This document shows positions 37,842 through 49,800 of a stretch of 64,000 bases of DNA, piece after piece. Positions within the stretch are counted from its first letter, which is position 1, and the number at the start of each line of letters is the position of its first letter. Under the pieces are notes generated by a model that saw only the letters and a list, made by a program, of their open reading frames with translations, was not told the origin of the DNA and did not search any database. The translations under genes and the position numbers were made by a program. This DNA is from Macrostomum lignano. Its lineage: Eukaryota. The stretch is taken from the NCBI GenBank assembly GCA_002269645.1, contig NIVC01000679.1, positions 186,001 through 250,000 on the forward strand, written 5' to 3'.

Positions 37842-40800
37842 ATGGGTTCTGAAGAGGATATTGACGTAAGCGGGGAAGACTTTACTGACCCCGATGACTT
37901 TGTGGATGATATCGACGACAAAGGTAAGCCCATGGCATAGGTCACCCCATGCGGATACAAACGAAGTCAAGACTAAAAAAACGTGCGCAAAATCTTTAAA
38001 AGAATTAATGCTACTAGTTAAACCGTAGAATGAGAATGCTTATACTTATTTTATACTGATTTTTATTTAAAAAACAGATTTTAATTTATATATTATAATC
38101 ATATTCTTAATCTTCTAGATAGTTAGTGTAACTTTCTGACAATGGTATTAGTGTTTGTCCATTTATTAGATTTCCTAACTGTTTAGATTATCTTTCATCC
38201 TATAAAGGTCTGGCAAAAGTTTGAAAAATGGAAAATCAAAAGTATTTTATCATTATAAACTTTAAAGAAGTCCAATTGCTTGTACGATTATAAATATAAC
38301 TATAAGACCTGGGTTTTTTTTTTCGCCAGAGATAAGGTGCGAAATCGCACCTTGTGCCAAATTTCAAGGTGCGATTTTAAGGCTCAGAGTGCAATTTCTC
38401 TTGAGTCTTGTTTAGAATGTGAGGGTTTCACGAGAGATATTCAGACAGACATTCAAAACGATCGTCTGTAACTTTAAACAAAATTGACCCGCTTCAACCA
38501 TCTTTTTGGCAAATACTTACGCAAGTGTTGGGCGTCGAATAAGCTTTAATTTATTAACTGAAGTAAAAATCCTTCTGACATACATTGATTTAAAAAATAG
38601 TCTGAATAGTTCTGAATACTGAATACTGAATAGTCTGAATACTCTGAAATAGTTCAAGGACGGTTCCAAATGTTGAGATCTGACGTAGAAGCAGTCCAAT
38701 TTGTGGAAATTTATCAACTGGACTCCATGAATCACTCCAATGAAAGGCGGCAAATAGCTGCAGAATGCGTAAACAAGTTTAAGTGAGTCACAAAAACCCC
38801 ATTTACTGTAACTACATACACTTGTACGTTAGCAAGGCTCCATGCGATGGTTAATAAATGGAGAAGTAGACAAGCATCTGAACAAATATTGAATAAAAAT
38901 CAGTGAAGTTTCCGAATGTGAGTTTGAGCAAAGCAATTGTACTAGTGCTATGCCTTTATCATAGTATACTCGAATGTTCTTTCAATGTAATAACTGTATA
39001 TTCGAATCTTTCTTAGAAACTGAATCTACGCGAACGCCAAATAATAGTTTGTTTTAATGCACAAAATAAATTGGAGAATTATTTTTTTGTTTTAATCGTA
39101 TGTGGGGAAAATCACTATATATAGGAGCGGTTTCGCGACAAATATACTCTAACTGTCTTTTACTCGTGAGCAAATAATTGCGAACAGAATAAGCAGTTCA
39201 ATCTAAACCATTTCAAAGTCTTTGAGCTAAATAGCGACTTATTTATTTGCAAAACCTGTGAAACGATTCTAAGAAATTTGCTAAGAGAAGGGAATTGGGA
39301 CTAATTCTTGGAGATATACCAAGAGAGGCGCCGTGACCCTCTAGTCTCGGTGAACGCCCGATTAGGACTATACACTAATACATATACCAGTACTAGACCG
39401 CTCAGGCCATAAGCTACTAGAACGCTACCAGAAAGCAAGCCATAAGCTACCAGAAACGCTACTAAGAACGCTACCAGAAACGCTACTAAGAACGCTACCC
39501 AGAAATATTTAAATGAAATTCTAAGAAATAGTTAGGGAGTAAAAGCAAGTATAATCAGGATAACTGTAGTTGGCAAATCGGTGGGATTAAAATTGATAAA
39601 GTAAGAGGTGAAAGGCCTGTAACAACTTTGGTGGCAGCTCGTAGGATATTTAATAAACACTAATAGTTAGAAGTTTAGAAAGACAGAGCCAAAAGGCCTG
39701 TCACACAATGTTTAGTGTTGAATATCTCAGCATCAAAGCTGTCTTTTGCAATGCCTGAGGTGTCATTTTAAAGCTGAGACATGCGTATAGACATGACTAG
39801 AATTTGACAAGATTCTGATGAAAAACAAGGACATGGCAACTGCACAAATATCGACAAAAAATCAGTGAAATTTCTGAATGTGAGATTGCGCAAAGCAATG
39901 CATGTTTAGTGTTGAATATCTCAGCATCAAAGCTGTCTTTTGCGACGCCTGAGGTGTCATTTTAAAGCTGAGACATGCGTATAGAGTAAATCGAAGCATT
40001 TTTAAATCCAGTATCTGCTTTTATGCTGCTACGATCAAAACAATTTTAGTCAACAGTAAAGCGATTTCTAATCAGAGCTAGTGTTGCTAAGCAATTTTTA
40101 AATCAATGTATGTCAGAAGGATTTTTACTTCAGTTAATAAATTAAAGCTTATTCGACGCCCAACACTTGCGTAAGTATTTGCCAAAAAGATGGTTGAAGC
40201 GGGTCAATTTTGTTTGAAGTTACAGACAATCATTTTGAATGTCTGTCTGAATGGGTCTCCCTAAAACACGCCCCGCACCGCCCTGCAGCGCTACACATTA
40301 AAACAAATTGGACTATAACTAAAGACACTTCAGAATGCGTTTTCTGTTAAGCTTGAAGTTTTTATTAAATTTAGTTTTTTTACTTTGAAATATAAAATTC
40401 GGTGAACAATAAGTGATATTAATAATAATATTAATAAAATAATAATATTATAATTTAATAATGAAAACGAGAATATAAAAAATAATAATATTTATAAAAA
40501 TAAATAAAGATATTTATTCCATTACTATTTTAACTTTTCCTTGCAATCAAATACTGCATTGACAAAAAATGTTATAATGTGTAGCAGTTCGGGGCCCGGT
40601 GCGGGGCGTGTTTTAGGGAGCCTTTGTCTGAATATCTCTCGTGAAACCCTCACATTGCTCACATTTCAGACAACTGGGAATGTATATTTTAATATCTTAC
40701 ATAAGGCTATAGCTATAGGCTATATCGCCTATATGACTTAATAGGATTTAAAGAGTTATTTTGTTTCATATTTTAAGGCAGTGCATAAAAAATAGCTTAA

Positions 40801-43800
40801 GCATGGTTAAGCCTTTAAAGAAAAATGGTTATAAGACCGCACCTAAACCGCACCTACTTTTTTAATTTCAGGGTGCGATTTTAAAATTTAGGGTGCATAC
40901 GCACACTCTGCGCACAAAAAAAAACCCTGTATAAGACTAAGATTATAAACTTGCATGGGCCTGTCAGTATCAGTTTGACATCTTTGTTTACAATCATATA
41001 GGCTTAATTATTATTTGGCAATAGTACAGTTTTGTTCATGAAATTATTTTTTGTTTAAATTTGAAAGTTTAAAACCAAAAAACAAAAAACAACAATGTTT
41101 TAAACTATTCTAGCGACTGTGCCAGAGCTCACTGGTCACAGAATTTTAAAGCAAATGGGCGCTCTATTAATATACTTTTTTCATTAAATTTGTGCCACGC
41201 TTAAATGCTACTTGAAATGCAATTTGTCTATGGAAAAAATAGTTTAAAAAATCAAAAAGGGGCTTAAACTGTTTCCCTTTAGCTAAGAAGCTGCTAATAT
41301 CTGTTTTTTTCTTTTGGACAACATATTGTATCATGGCTGGACAACCACTAAGACCCTTGTGGATAATTCCACCAAATGAAGTGCTGCCAGCAAATGCTCT
41401 ACCGCAATTAGAGCTAAATGCGCACAACCTGATGGCTACCAAAAGTGCACCAGATGCTGTCTGCAATTTTACAACTTTTTCCTATAGGGTGCCAACATAA
41501 AAAATAGTAGGAAAATAAACGTCAACAAAAACATAAAAAGTAAACTTTGTTTAATTCAAGCCAATGCGTTTCGTCAAACACAAGATGTCGTCAAGGCAAA
41601 TTTAATCAACCTAAGATCATACCACCAATATATTTAAGCAAAAATCACTGTATTGTCTAGAGAGGGGTCAAAACAGTCTAGTAGAATTAAGAAAGTGCCA
41701 AGTACACAACAAAGTGAGAGAGAAAAAAATAATAAAAAATAGGCACGGCTCTGCTCACAATACTCTTAGTAGAGGTTGGACGGGATTGAAATCTTTGGGC
41801 GGGATTGGGATTGGGAATAACTTTTTTCTTGGGATTAGGATCAGGATCGGGATTCAGGAATTGAGATCAGGTCTTTTAGTGTATTGTCCATGTAAAGTTA
41901 AACAAAATTGAGAAAAGATTGTCAAGATCAAGAAGTAAAACACAACAAAATTGATATGAAGTTTTGTAACCAACAAAGTAAATAATGTAACAAGTACAAG
42001 TTAAAGCAAAATACCTTCAAGTAATCACTAATTCTATAAATTATTAATTGAAAGACCTGTTCCTGAATCTCAAGTTTTTTAGGGTCGGGATTCTGGTCCC
42101 ACGGGAATTCAATTTTCCTCGGGATCCCAAGATTTCGGGATCCCGTCCGACCTCTAACTCTTAGCTCACGTTCCACCCCATTGCCAACAAGCTGCACATT
42201 CAGGTTGGGTTTGTGCATTCTGATATACGAAGCTTCGATAATCTTAAGCTTATGGTCAAATTTGCACCCATCCAGCACTGTAAAGAGCTGAATTGGTTTA
42301 CCATCATAGCATTTTTTACAAACAAGCAGATGGTCATTAATTGCAGAGCTTTTTAGCCAATGTTCCCTAGCTCTAGTATGTAGGTGTCGCTTTGTTTTTC
42401 TAATGTAAGAAATGCTCTGATCCTCAGAGCAGCGAAATTGGTAAACAACACCAGCCCTTAGAGCAAGTGGAACAGCTGACTTGAGCCTGCTGGCATAGCG
42501 ACTGATCTTTTCGGTGCAAAACACAATCCTAATGGTGTACTTAAGCCATTTGCTAAACATTTTCTTAAGTTTTTCCTGAAGTCAAGCGAAGCGTTGCCAA
42601 AAAATAGGAGAACCAACAGAGTGTCCCAAGAATCTATCTCTGGTTGCCTAGGTTTCGCATCGCTAGAAACTTTCTTAGTGACAAACACATTGATAATATG
42701 GCTGACAAAACTGAAAGGGTAACCATTAGATCTAAGGAATTTAGTCAGGGCACGAACCTCTTGGTGAAATAAACTCCAAGAACTGCTCACCTCGTTGGCT
42801 CTATGAAGAAGGCACCTAACTAACCCAGATTTCCAGTGAGTCTTCAGTGAGAGTTTATGTCAGACTCACTGGAAATCTGGGCATTTGTTAGACAAGCTAC
42901 ACTTCAACATAAAAAATAATTACAATAAGTCCAGAATTGTTTCTACACAAATTTTTAAAAACATATATAATATTATAAATATAAAAGTTATATTAAACTT
43001 GATAATGGCTGCTGTTTTAATAACTTTGTTTTAATTTTGTTTCTCTTATAAATTGCATTAATGTTTTTTATTTTAGTTTCCAATTATTTTTAAAAGATTT
43101 TATGCTGGGTTTTTTTCGTCCATAACTTGGGTGCGATTTTGCACCCTGTGCTAGATTTCAGGGTGCAATTTTCAAGACCAGGATGCGCTGCATGTCCATA
43201 ACACTAAATTGTGAAATATGTATCGCATCCTTGCAAAAAATTCTAGTGCGCTTTTCGCACCCTGAGTCAAATTTTAGGGTGCAATTTTTAAGACCAGGAT
43301 GCTATTTGCACCCATTTGCACAAAAAAACCTAGATTTTATATTGGTTAATATCTAACTACACAATTACATTAGCCCTGAACTTTGCTATTTTTTGTAGGC
43401 CAACTATATACACTTCATTTTAAACCTAAAAATTCTATATGCCAAGTGTACACCAAAATTGTTAGCAATAGCAAAAATATGCTAGAATTTTCCAACATAA
43501 AGGCCATTTTCAGGATTATAAGTTTCTCCATGTTTTTTGTAAAAAGTGAAAAGTGAAAAAAATAGCAGATGAAAATCATAGTCAAGATCATGGCATGCCT
43601 AGCCAGAACACATCAATCAAAAAAGTTTGATTGCACTATGTACCATAACTTTTTTGAAAAAAAAACACAAAAATTAATAATTTTCTATTTGAAAAATACT
43701 AACAAAACTTGTTTTTGAATTTGTTTCATAGAAAATGCAATGTTATAATAAATTAATTAAGAAGTTGTCAATACACTAGCAAACAAAGAATGCTAATAAA

Positions 43801-46800
43801 AAGAAATTATATGCTAATTTTCTGTCAAAGAAAATATCATATACTCATGCACTAGGAAGTTTTGTGTTATATCAAATTGTGTCAATTTTTATTGTCTTGC
43901 ACTATACTGTGCTAAATTTTTCTCCCTTGCCTGCTATTGTGCCAGAATGTATCAGCATAGCAAATGTCCAACCTTTTAGACTAGAATTTTCCATGAAAAA
44001 TGCTATCTTCTTGACTTTAAGATAAAAAGATTGCAATAAAATTCACATGAAATATAGTACAAAATCACAGTTAAAATGTTAAAATCTGCAGTTAAAATTA
44101 TGTCCTTAAAGCTAAATTTCATAGTACCTCTTTAGATTGTTACTAGCACAACATATAAAAATATATCATATTGTTTCCCTTTGCTTTGAATATTGTTGGC
44201 TAAATTATAAATGAGTTAATTTAATATTGAATATGTTATATTATGTTATGTTATTATGTTATATAAACTTTATCAACTTTGGATTTAAAATACAATAAAA
44301 CAATAAAGCTATTAAGAAAAATATTTATCTATTAGCATTGGTTCTAATGTTAAGCTCTAGAATCTAGTCAGCAGTATCGTTTGTAGCAATGTCACCATAC
44401 ATGCGCAACTGCTGGCCGACCTGGCCGATCTGGCCACCGTAAATTGTGGTGGACCAGGGGTAAGTCGCAAAAATTCCCAGCCTGAAGAATACAGACATAG
44501 CACTAATTAGATGACGAGGCATTTATACCTTATAAGACAGTCATAGTTACTCCTGCCGTTTACCCAAAATTGCGTTAGGGTTTTCTTTTACAGGTAAGTT
44601 GCATTTTTGGTCAAAAAGTAAGTCGCATGGCCAGTGTAAATCAGGGGGTTGCGCATGTATGAATGTCACAAATTGTCCAATCTTAACCAGTTAATGTTTG
44701 CACATTGCTAGGAGATACCCTGGCATCAGTTGATTATTTCTAATGATTTCCAAGATCTGGCATCAGTGGCTGGCAATTAGTGGCCTCTGGCAATTGTTTC
44801 TGCTGATTGCTAGGATCTGGCACTGGCACTTATGGCTAATGATTGGTGGTTATTCGCGATTGGTTCTGATGATTGCTAGGATCTGACACTAGTGGCTAGT
44901 GATTGGTAGCCTCTGGCAATGGGTTCTAATGATTGTCAAGATCTGGCACTAGTGGCTAGCATTGGTGGCCTCTTGTAATTGGTTTTGATAATTGCTAAGA
45001 TCTAGCACTAGTGGCTTGTTATCAGTGGCCTCTTTAGTGGCCTTAGATTCTTCTTAATACAATGGGCATTGCTAAGCTTAAAGTTAGATTCATATCCCAG
45101 CAACCTGCAACATGCCAAAATATAGGAGCATGTGCCTAAGGCAGGGCATATATACATTTTTTAAGATATAGCTACACACTATGCATGTTGCTATTCTTGT
45201 TTTTCTATGTACAAGTTACCATTTTAGAACATTTTAAGACTAGTTTCATTGACTGGGTTTGAAGACTTGTTTTGTATATTTGTGTATTCTAGAAATTTTA
45301 TAGATGTGAATCCTACAAATTTACTATTTTAGAATTATATATAAATTATAGATATTGATCTATTTTTAAATAGCCTTAAGTCAGAAGTCACTAAAACAAA
45401 GATTACTTTTAGAAGATATCAAGTTTGAAATGATTACAATGGTTAGTAATTAGATTGGTCTTAATTGGTCTTATAGCTTTTTAAACCCATATCTTTGTTT
45501 GGTATAGAGATCCCTTGTTTGGTTGATGATGCTTTATCCTAACTAAATAATTAACAATCTATAGTTTAGACAACCTGAACTATCTATGAGTTAGTTTATA
45601 AGTTTATAAGGTCAAGTAAGATGAAAACCACAAAGCTAAAGCACTTACAACCTAATAGATTCAAAACTTTGCTTATAAAGATAGACATTAAAACTAGGTC
45701 AACTTTGTCTAAGTCTAAGTTTGACTAAGGATTAAGTTTGAATAAGCTTGGAGATTATTAATTAATAAGGTATTTAAATAGAAATACTGTGTGAGTCTAA
45801 GACTACCACAGACTAAGACCAACTATACTTATTGGTCAAGCTAAGAATTGGGGGTTCCCAAATCATTGCTTTCTTTTTGGCTAGATATAAATCATTTTGC
45901 TTTGTGTTTCTTTAGCCAACATTTGTATTTTTTAACTTAACTAGAATTATACAAATCATTCTGTAAATCTTTGCTTTTTTGCTATATAGAAACAAATTAG
46001 TTCTAATAAAAGTATAGTTTTATTTTTTAGCTTAGCTTGTAAACTGTTTGGAAATAGGAAGATCTATGCAAAAATTCCTTTGTTAACCTTCTATATACAT
46101 AATCCTTTCCTTGACTATTTAATTCTTTAGCTAATAGGAAAGCAGTGATTTGGGAACCTCTATTCTAAGCTTGACCAATAAAAAGTATAGCAGTCTTGGT
46201 CTGCCATATCTATAAATATAATTGATAGATCCTGGCAAACCTAAATCAATATCATTGCAAACCTTGAATAGGAGGTTATTGACTAGCTAATCAAAAGTAA
46301 TTAGCTACAATTAAGGTAACTAGATGGATAAATCTTTATATCAAAATAGGTCCATTTAAAATGAAACATTTAAAGCATTTTTATAATTTTTTTGAGTATA
46401 CATAACTTTTATGTATAAAAGTTGAAAATGAACTTAATACAAAAAGGCCTGATAAAAATTTCAATATGGTTCTCAATTAGTTCAAAGCTAAATTCTATCA
46501 CTTGAACTTGTTCTATTTTATTTTTCAATGGGATGTTGTTGACATCATTTTCCTTATGACTAGGATTATAAAAACCATTATGTAGAGTAGAATTCTGACA
46601 TGGTTAAATCTGAGTGGTCTTCTATGCCTGGGCTTCTATGCCATGCCTGGGTAGTCTTCTAGGTCACAAATGGGCAGATTCTGTACATGTAAATCTCTTG
46701 ATGATTTCCTTGTCATGATTGGCTTTTTGAAAATAGAAAAAAACAATTTTCTATCAATTTTCATGATCATTTTGAATGAAAACATTTTTTCTTAAAATAA

Positions 46801-49800
46801 ACAGAAACAAAAATAAAGCAAAAATACAAATGAATGTTTTGTCAAAACTAAATTTGGAGTTTTTTGCATTTGCTATTTATATCCACATTGATTCTGCACA
46901 CTTTTTGACCAAAAATGCAACTTACCTGTAAAAGAAACCCTAACACAATTTTGGGTAAATGGCAAGAGTTACTATGACTGTCTTATAAGGGCTAAATGCC
47001 TTATCATATAATTAGTACTATGTCTGTATTCTTTAGGCTGGGCATTTTTGCAACTTACCCTTGGTCCACCACAATTTACGGTGGCCAGATCAGCCAGGTT
47101 GGCCAGCAGTTGCGCATGTATGATTCTAAAAAACAGTAATCTGCATCCAAATTTTAGTATGCAAATCTGTTCCATATTTGCATACTAACTTTACATTGGT
47201 CTTGCCATTGCCTTTGTGCTATTTCAAACCTTCAAGTATTAGCTTAGATCCTTTCCTTGGCATTTGTTCTATTAATACACTCGTAGCTAGGCCACCTGTA
47301 TTAATAAATTCTATGCCATCTTCAATGATGACTTCTCCACTGCTTTAAGGGAAATAACTTTCTCCTATAGCAAGTTAATGGTAGGATTAACAAGGCTTTC
47401 AGGCTGGCAATAAACCTAGCTAGGCTCCCACTAAGCTGCTGCAAATGTCTCTGGAACTGAAATCTGATTGCCAACTCAGATGGCTAGTGTGTAGTGGTCC
47501 TCCAGAATCTTAGTCAAATGGGCCAAAGACTTGTTGGATACTTTGGCAGGTATAGGTAGACAGGTTTCTCAACATGTTATATGCCTCTTTATTGATGGCA
47601 ATGACAAGTATGGCCACTTTAGCTTTTTCCTTCACTTCCTTATAGGTTAAGTAATGGTCAAGGTGTTTTAGCCAGACCTCAATATTGGTATTGGCAGTAA
47701 GAATTAGAATTTCACTCAGTGCAAAGCTCATTGCCATTGTAATAAGCCAGCTCATACAATTGGGCTCTTTGTAAGACATGTTTATGGACCCTAGAACAAA
47801 AGAAAGGGTGGTTGGCCTGACTGCCCAGACCCCACTATTCTAGCCACACATGAGATTGCAAACAAACTACCTAGTATAGTGCACACATACAGAAATACAT
47901 TTTTAGTTAATTAATTACTAGTAAGCTTACAATTAATAACTAAGAATACACTAGTATAACATTGCAATATCATATGAAGACTATGCTAAACTGTGTTTCT
48001 AAATAGTTGGAGCCTACAACTTGGGTCTTAATTTGTATGTTTGAGATAAACATGTTTGGTTAGTCTTGTGTTGCTAAAGAATACTGCATAGCAATAGTAG
48101 ACTAAAGTGTAGCATTTTCAATTAGGGGGCAACTGGGATGGCCAAAGTTGGGCCCAGGAATGAGGACTCGGGCCTAGGTTGGGCCTGAGGAATTCAAGAC
48201 AAGATCTTTAGGATAGCTCAATAATTGGAAAAAAAATCATCAAATATTAAATTAAATTAAATATATAAATAAAATATATTATAAAATTAATATATTTTAA
48301 TATTTAAATAAATTATTGATAAATATATAAATAAATGAATTAAATTACATTAAATTAAATATATATTAAATATATATTAAATATATAATAAATATTATTA
48401 TTATTTAATATATTAGTTAAGACTTAAGAATAGACAAGAGTTACATTATAAGACTTAATATTCAAATATTCGCATGCAGTTAGTGCCTTTAGTGAAAAAG
48501 ACTTGTCTCAATTTCCCAACTTTTTTAAGGTCGGGGTCAGGCCACGATTTTGGTCGTGATTCCCAGCTTTTCAGGCCCATGCCCAGGACTGGGTGCCCCC
48601 TATTTTCAATAATAAAGTAGTCAGCAACTGTTTTCTCAGATTTGCTAGTAGCAGCAAAGTGTTCAAATTAGTCAGAGATAGCAATGGCATATAGTGCTAA
48701 ATAAAGGTTGTTAAAATGTAGTGTAAAACCTTTCTATTGTTCATAATACTCTTCTTAGATATTGTAATACTTATTTTTATATCTTAATTTTTTAATACTT
48801 TATTTAGGCATTTTGCCTATTAGATATGATAATTTGTTTTTTGTTAATAGCATTGTTTTTAGTCCCTTTTCTTGTTATAGTAAACATAATTTAGCATTGT
48901 AAAAAAGGTTTTTAATTGGGCCCTTATTGTAGCCAGTCTACTAAACTAAGTCAGATATCCCCTTTTCCTACACTAGACTATGCCAATATGCCATACTATG
49001 CCTACTAGAAATGGGATAAAATGACTTTTTTAAACTAATTCTATTAGATTGAATATCTGATAGAACCAGTTCAATTCTGAAATAATATCAAATATGAATA
49101 TTTTAATTAATAATATCCCTTTATTAGGTAGTAAAATGGCTCTACCTTGAATAAATATCATTAAACTTCTTATCTCTCCATGCACGTCTAGAGCTCCTAG
49201 GCGACATCCTAGCTGAGAAGCCCCAGGAGAAGAAAGCTATTAACAATGCATTGGTACTATCCGGCCTACCAATTGTTGATTCAGCCAGAATCGAACGCTT
49301 GCAAGTATTCATTCGTGACAAATTCTTGGACAAGCATGGCGAAGTGGTCAAGTTTAGCATGCCTACAGATGAGAATGGCAATAGCCTAGGCTTTGCCCTA
49401 TGCTGCTTTCAAACTGACCAGCAGGCCTTGGACGCCTTAACCGATATTCAAGGCGCCTCATTGGACAAAATGCACACGCTCAACGTGTTCAAGTTTTCCG
49501 ACTTCAATCGTCTAGCCGACGCCGACGACGAATGGAAGCCGCCAGAGAAGGCGCCGTTTGTTGATCGAGGCGACCTGCGCTCCTGGCTGCGCGAGGACCG
49601 CTGTCACGATCAGTTCGGCGTGCTGCACACCGCTGGCAGCGTTGCCACCATCTACTGGCACTGGCCTGGCGATCCGCAGCCAGTGGATTCGGCCACTAGA
49701 AATAACTGGACTGAGAGCCGGCTGCACTGGTCACCGTTGGGTACCTATCTGGCCACCTACCATACTAAGGGCATCGCTCTGTGGGGTGGCGAGAAGTTCG

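Larger units (their letters stand above)
38309..40929. mobile_element. Non-autonomous hAT-like DNA transposon, 2621 bp, carrying nested insertions
   Basis: 8-bp TSD TATAAGAC (38301-38308, 40930-40937); TIRs C(T/A)GGGTTTTTTTTT..GC.CAGAG; subterminal GGTGCGATTTT repeats; no transposase ORF. Confidence 0.8.
41500..42881 (-). mobile_element. 5'-truncated Penelope-like retroelement remnant (RT C-terminus plus GIY-YIG endonuclease)
   Basis: HWKSGLVRCLLHRANEVSSSWSLFHQE..NGYP, then after a frameshift GVVYQFRC..YIRKTKRHLHTRAREH..SAINDH..IIEASYIRMHKPNLN. Removing the MITE at 41770-42156 restores the ending ..ERELRVL*. The 3' boundary is approximate. Confidence 0.85.
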
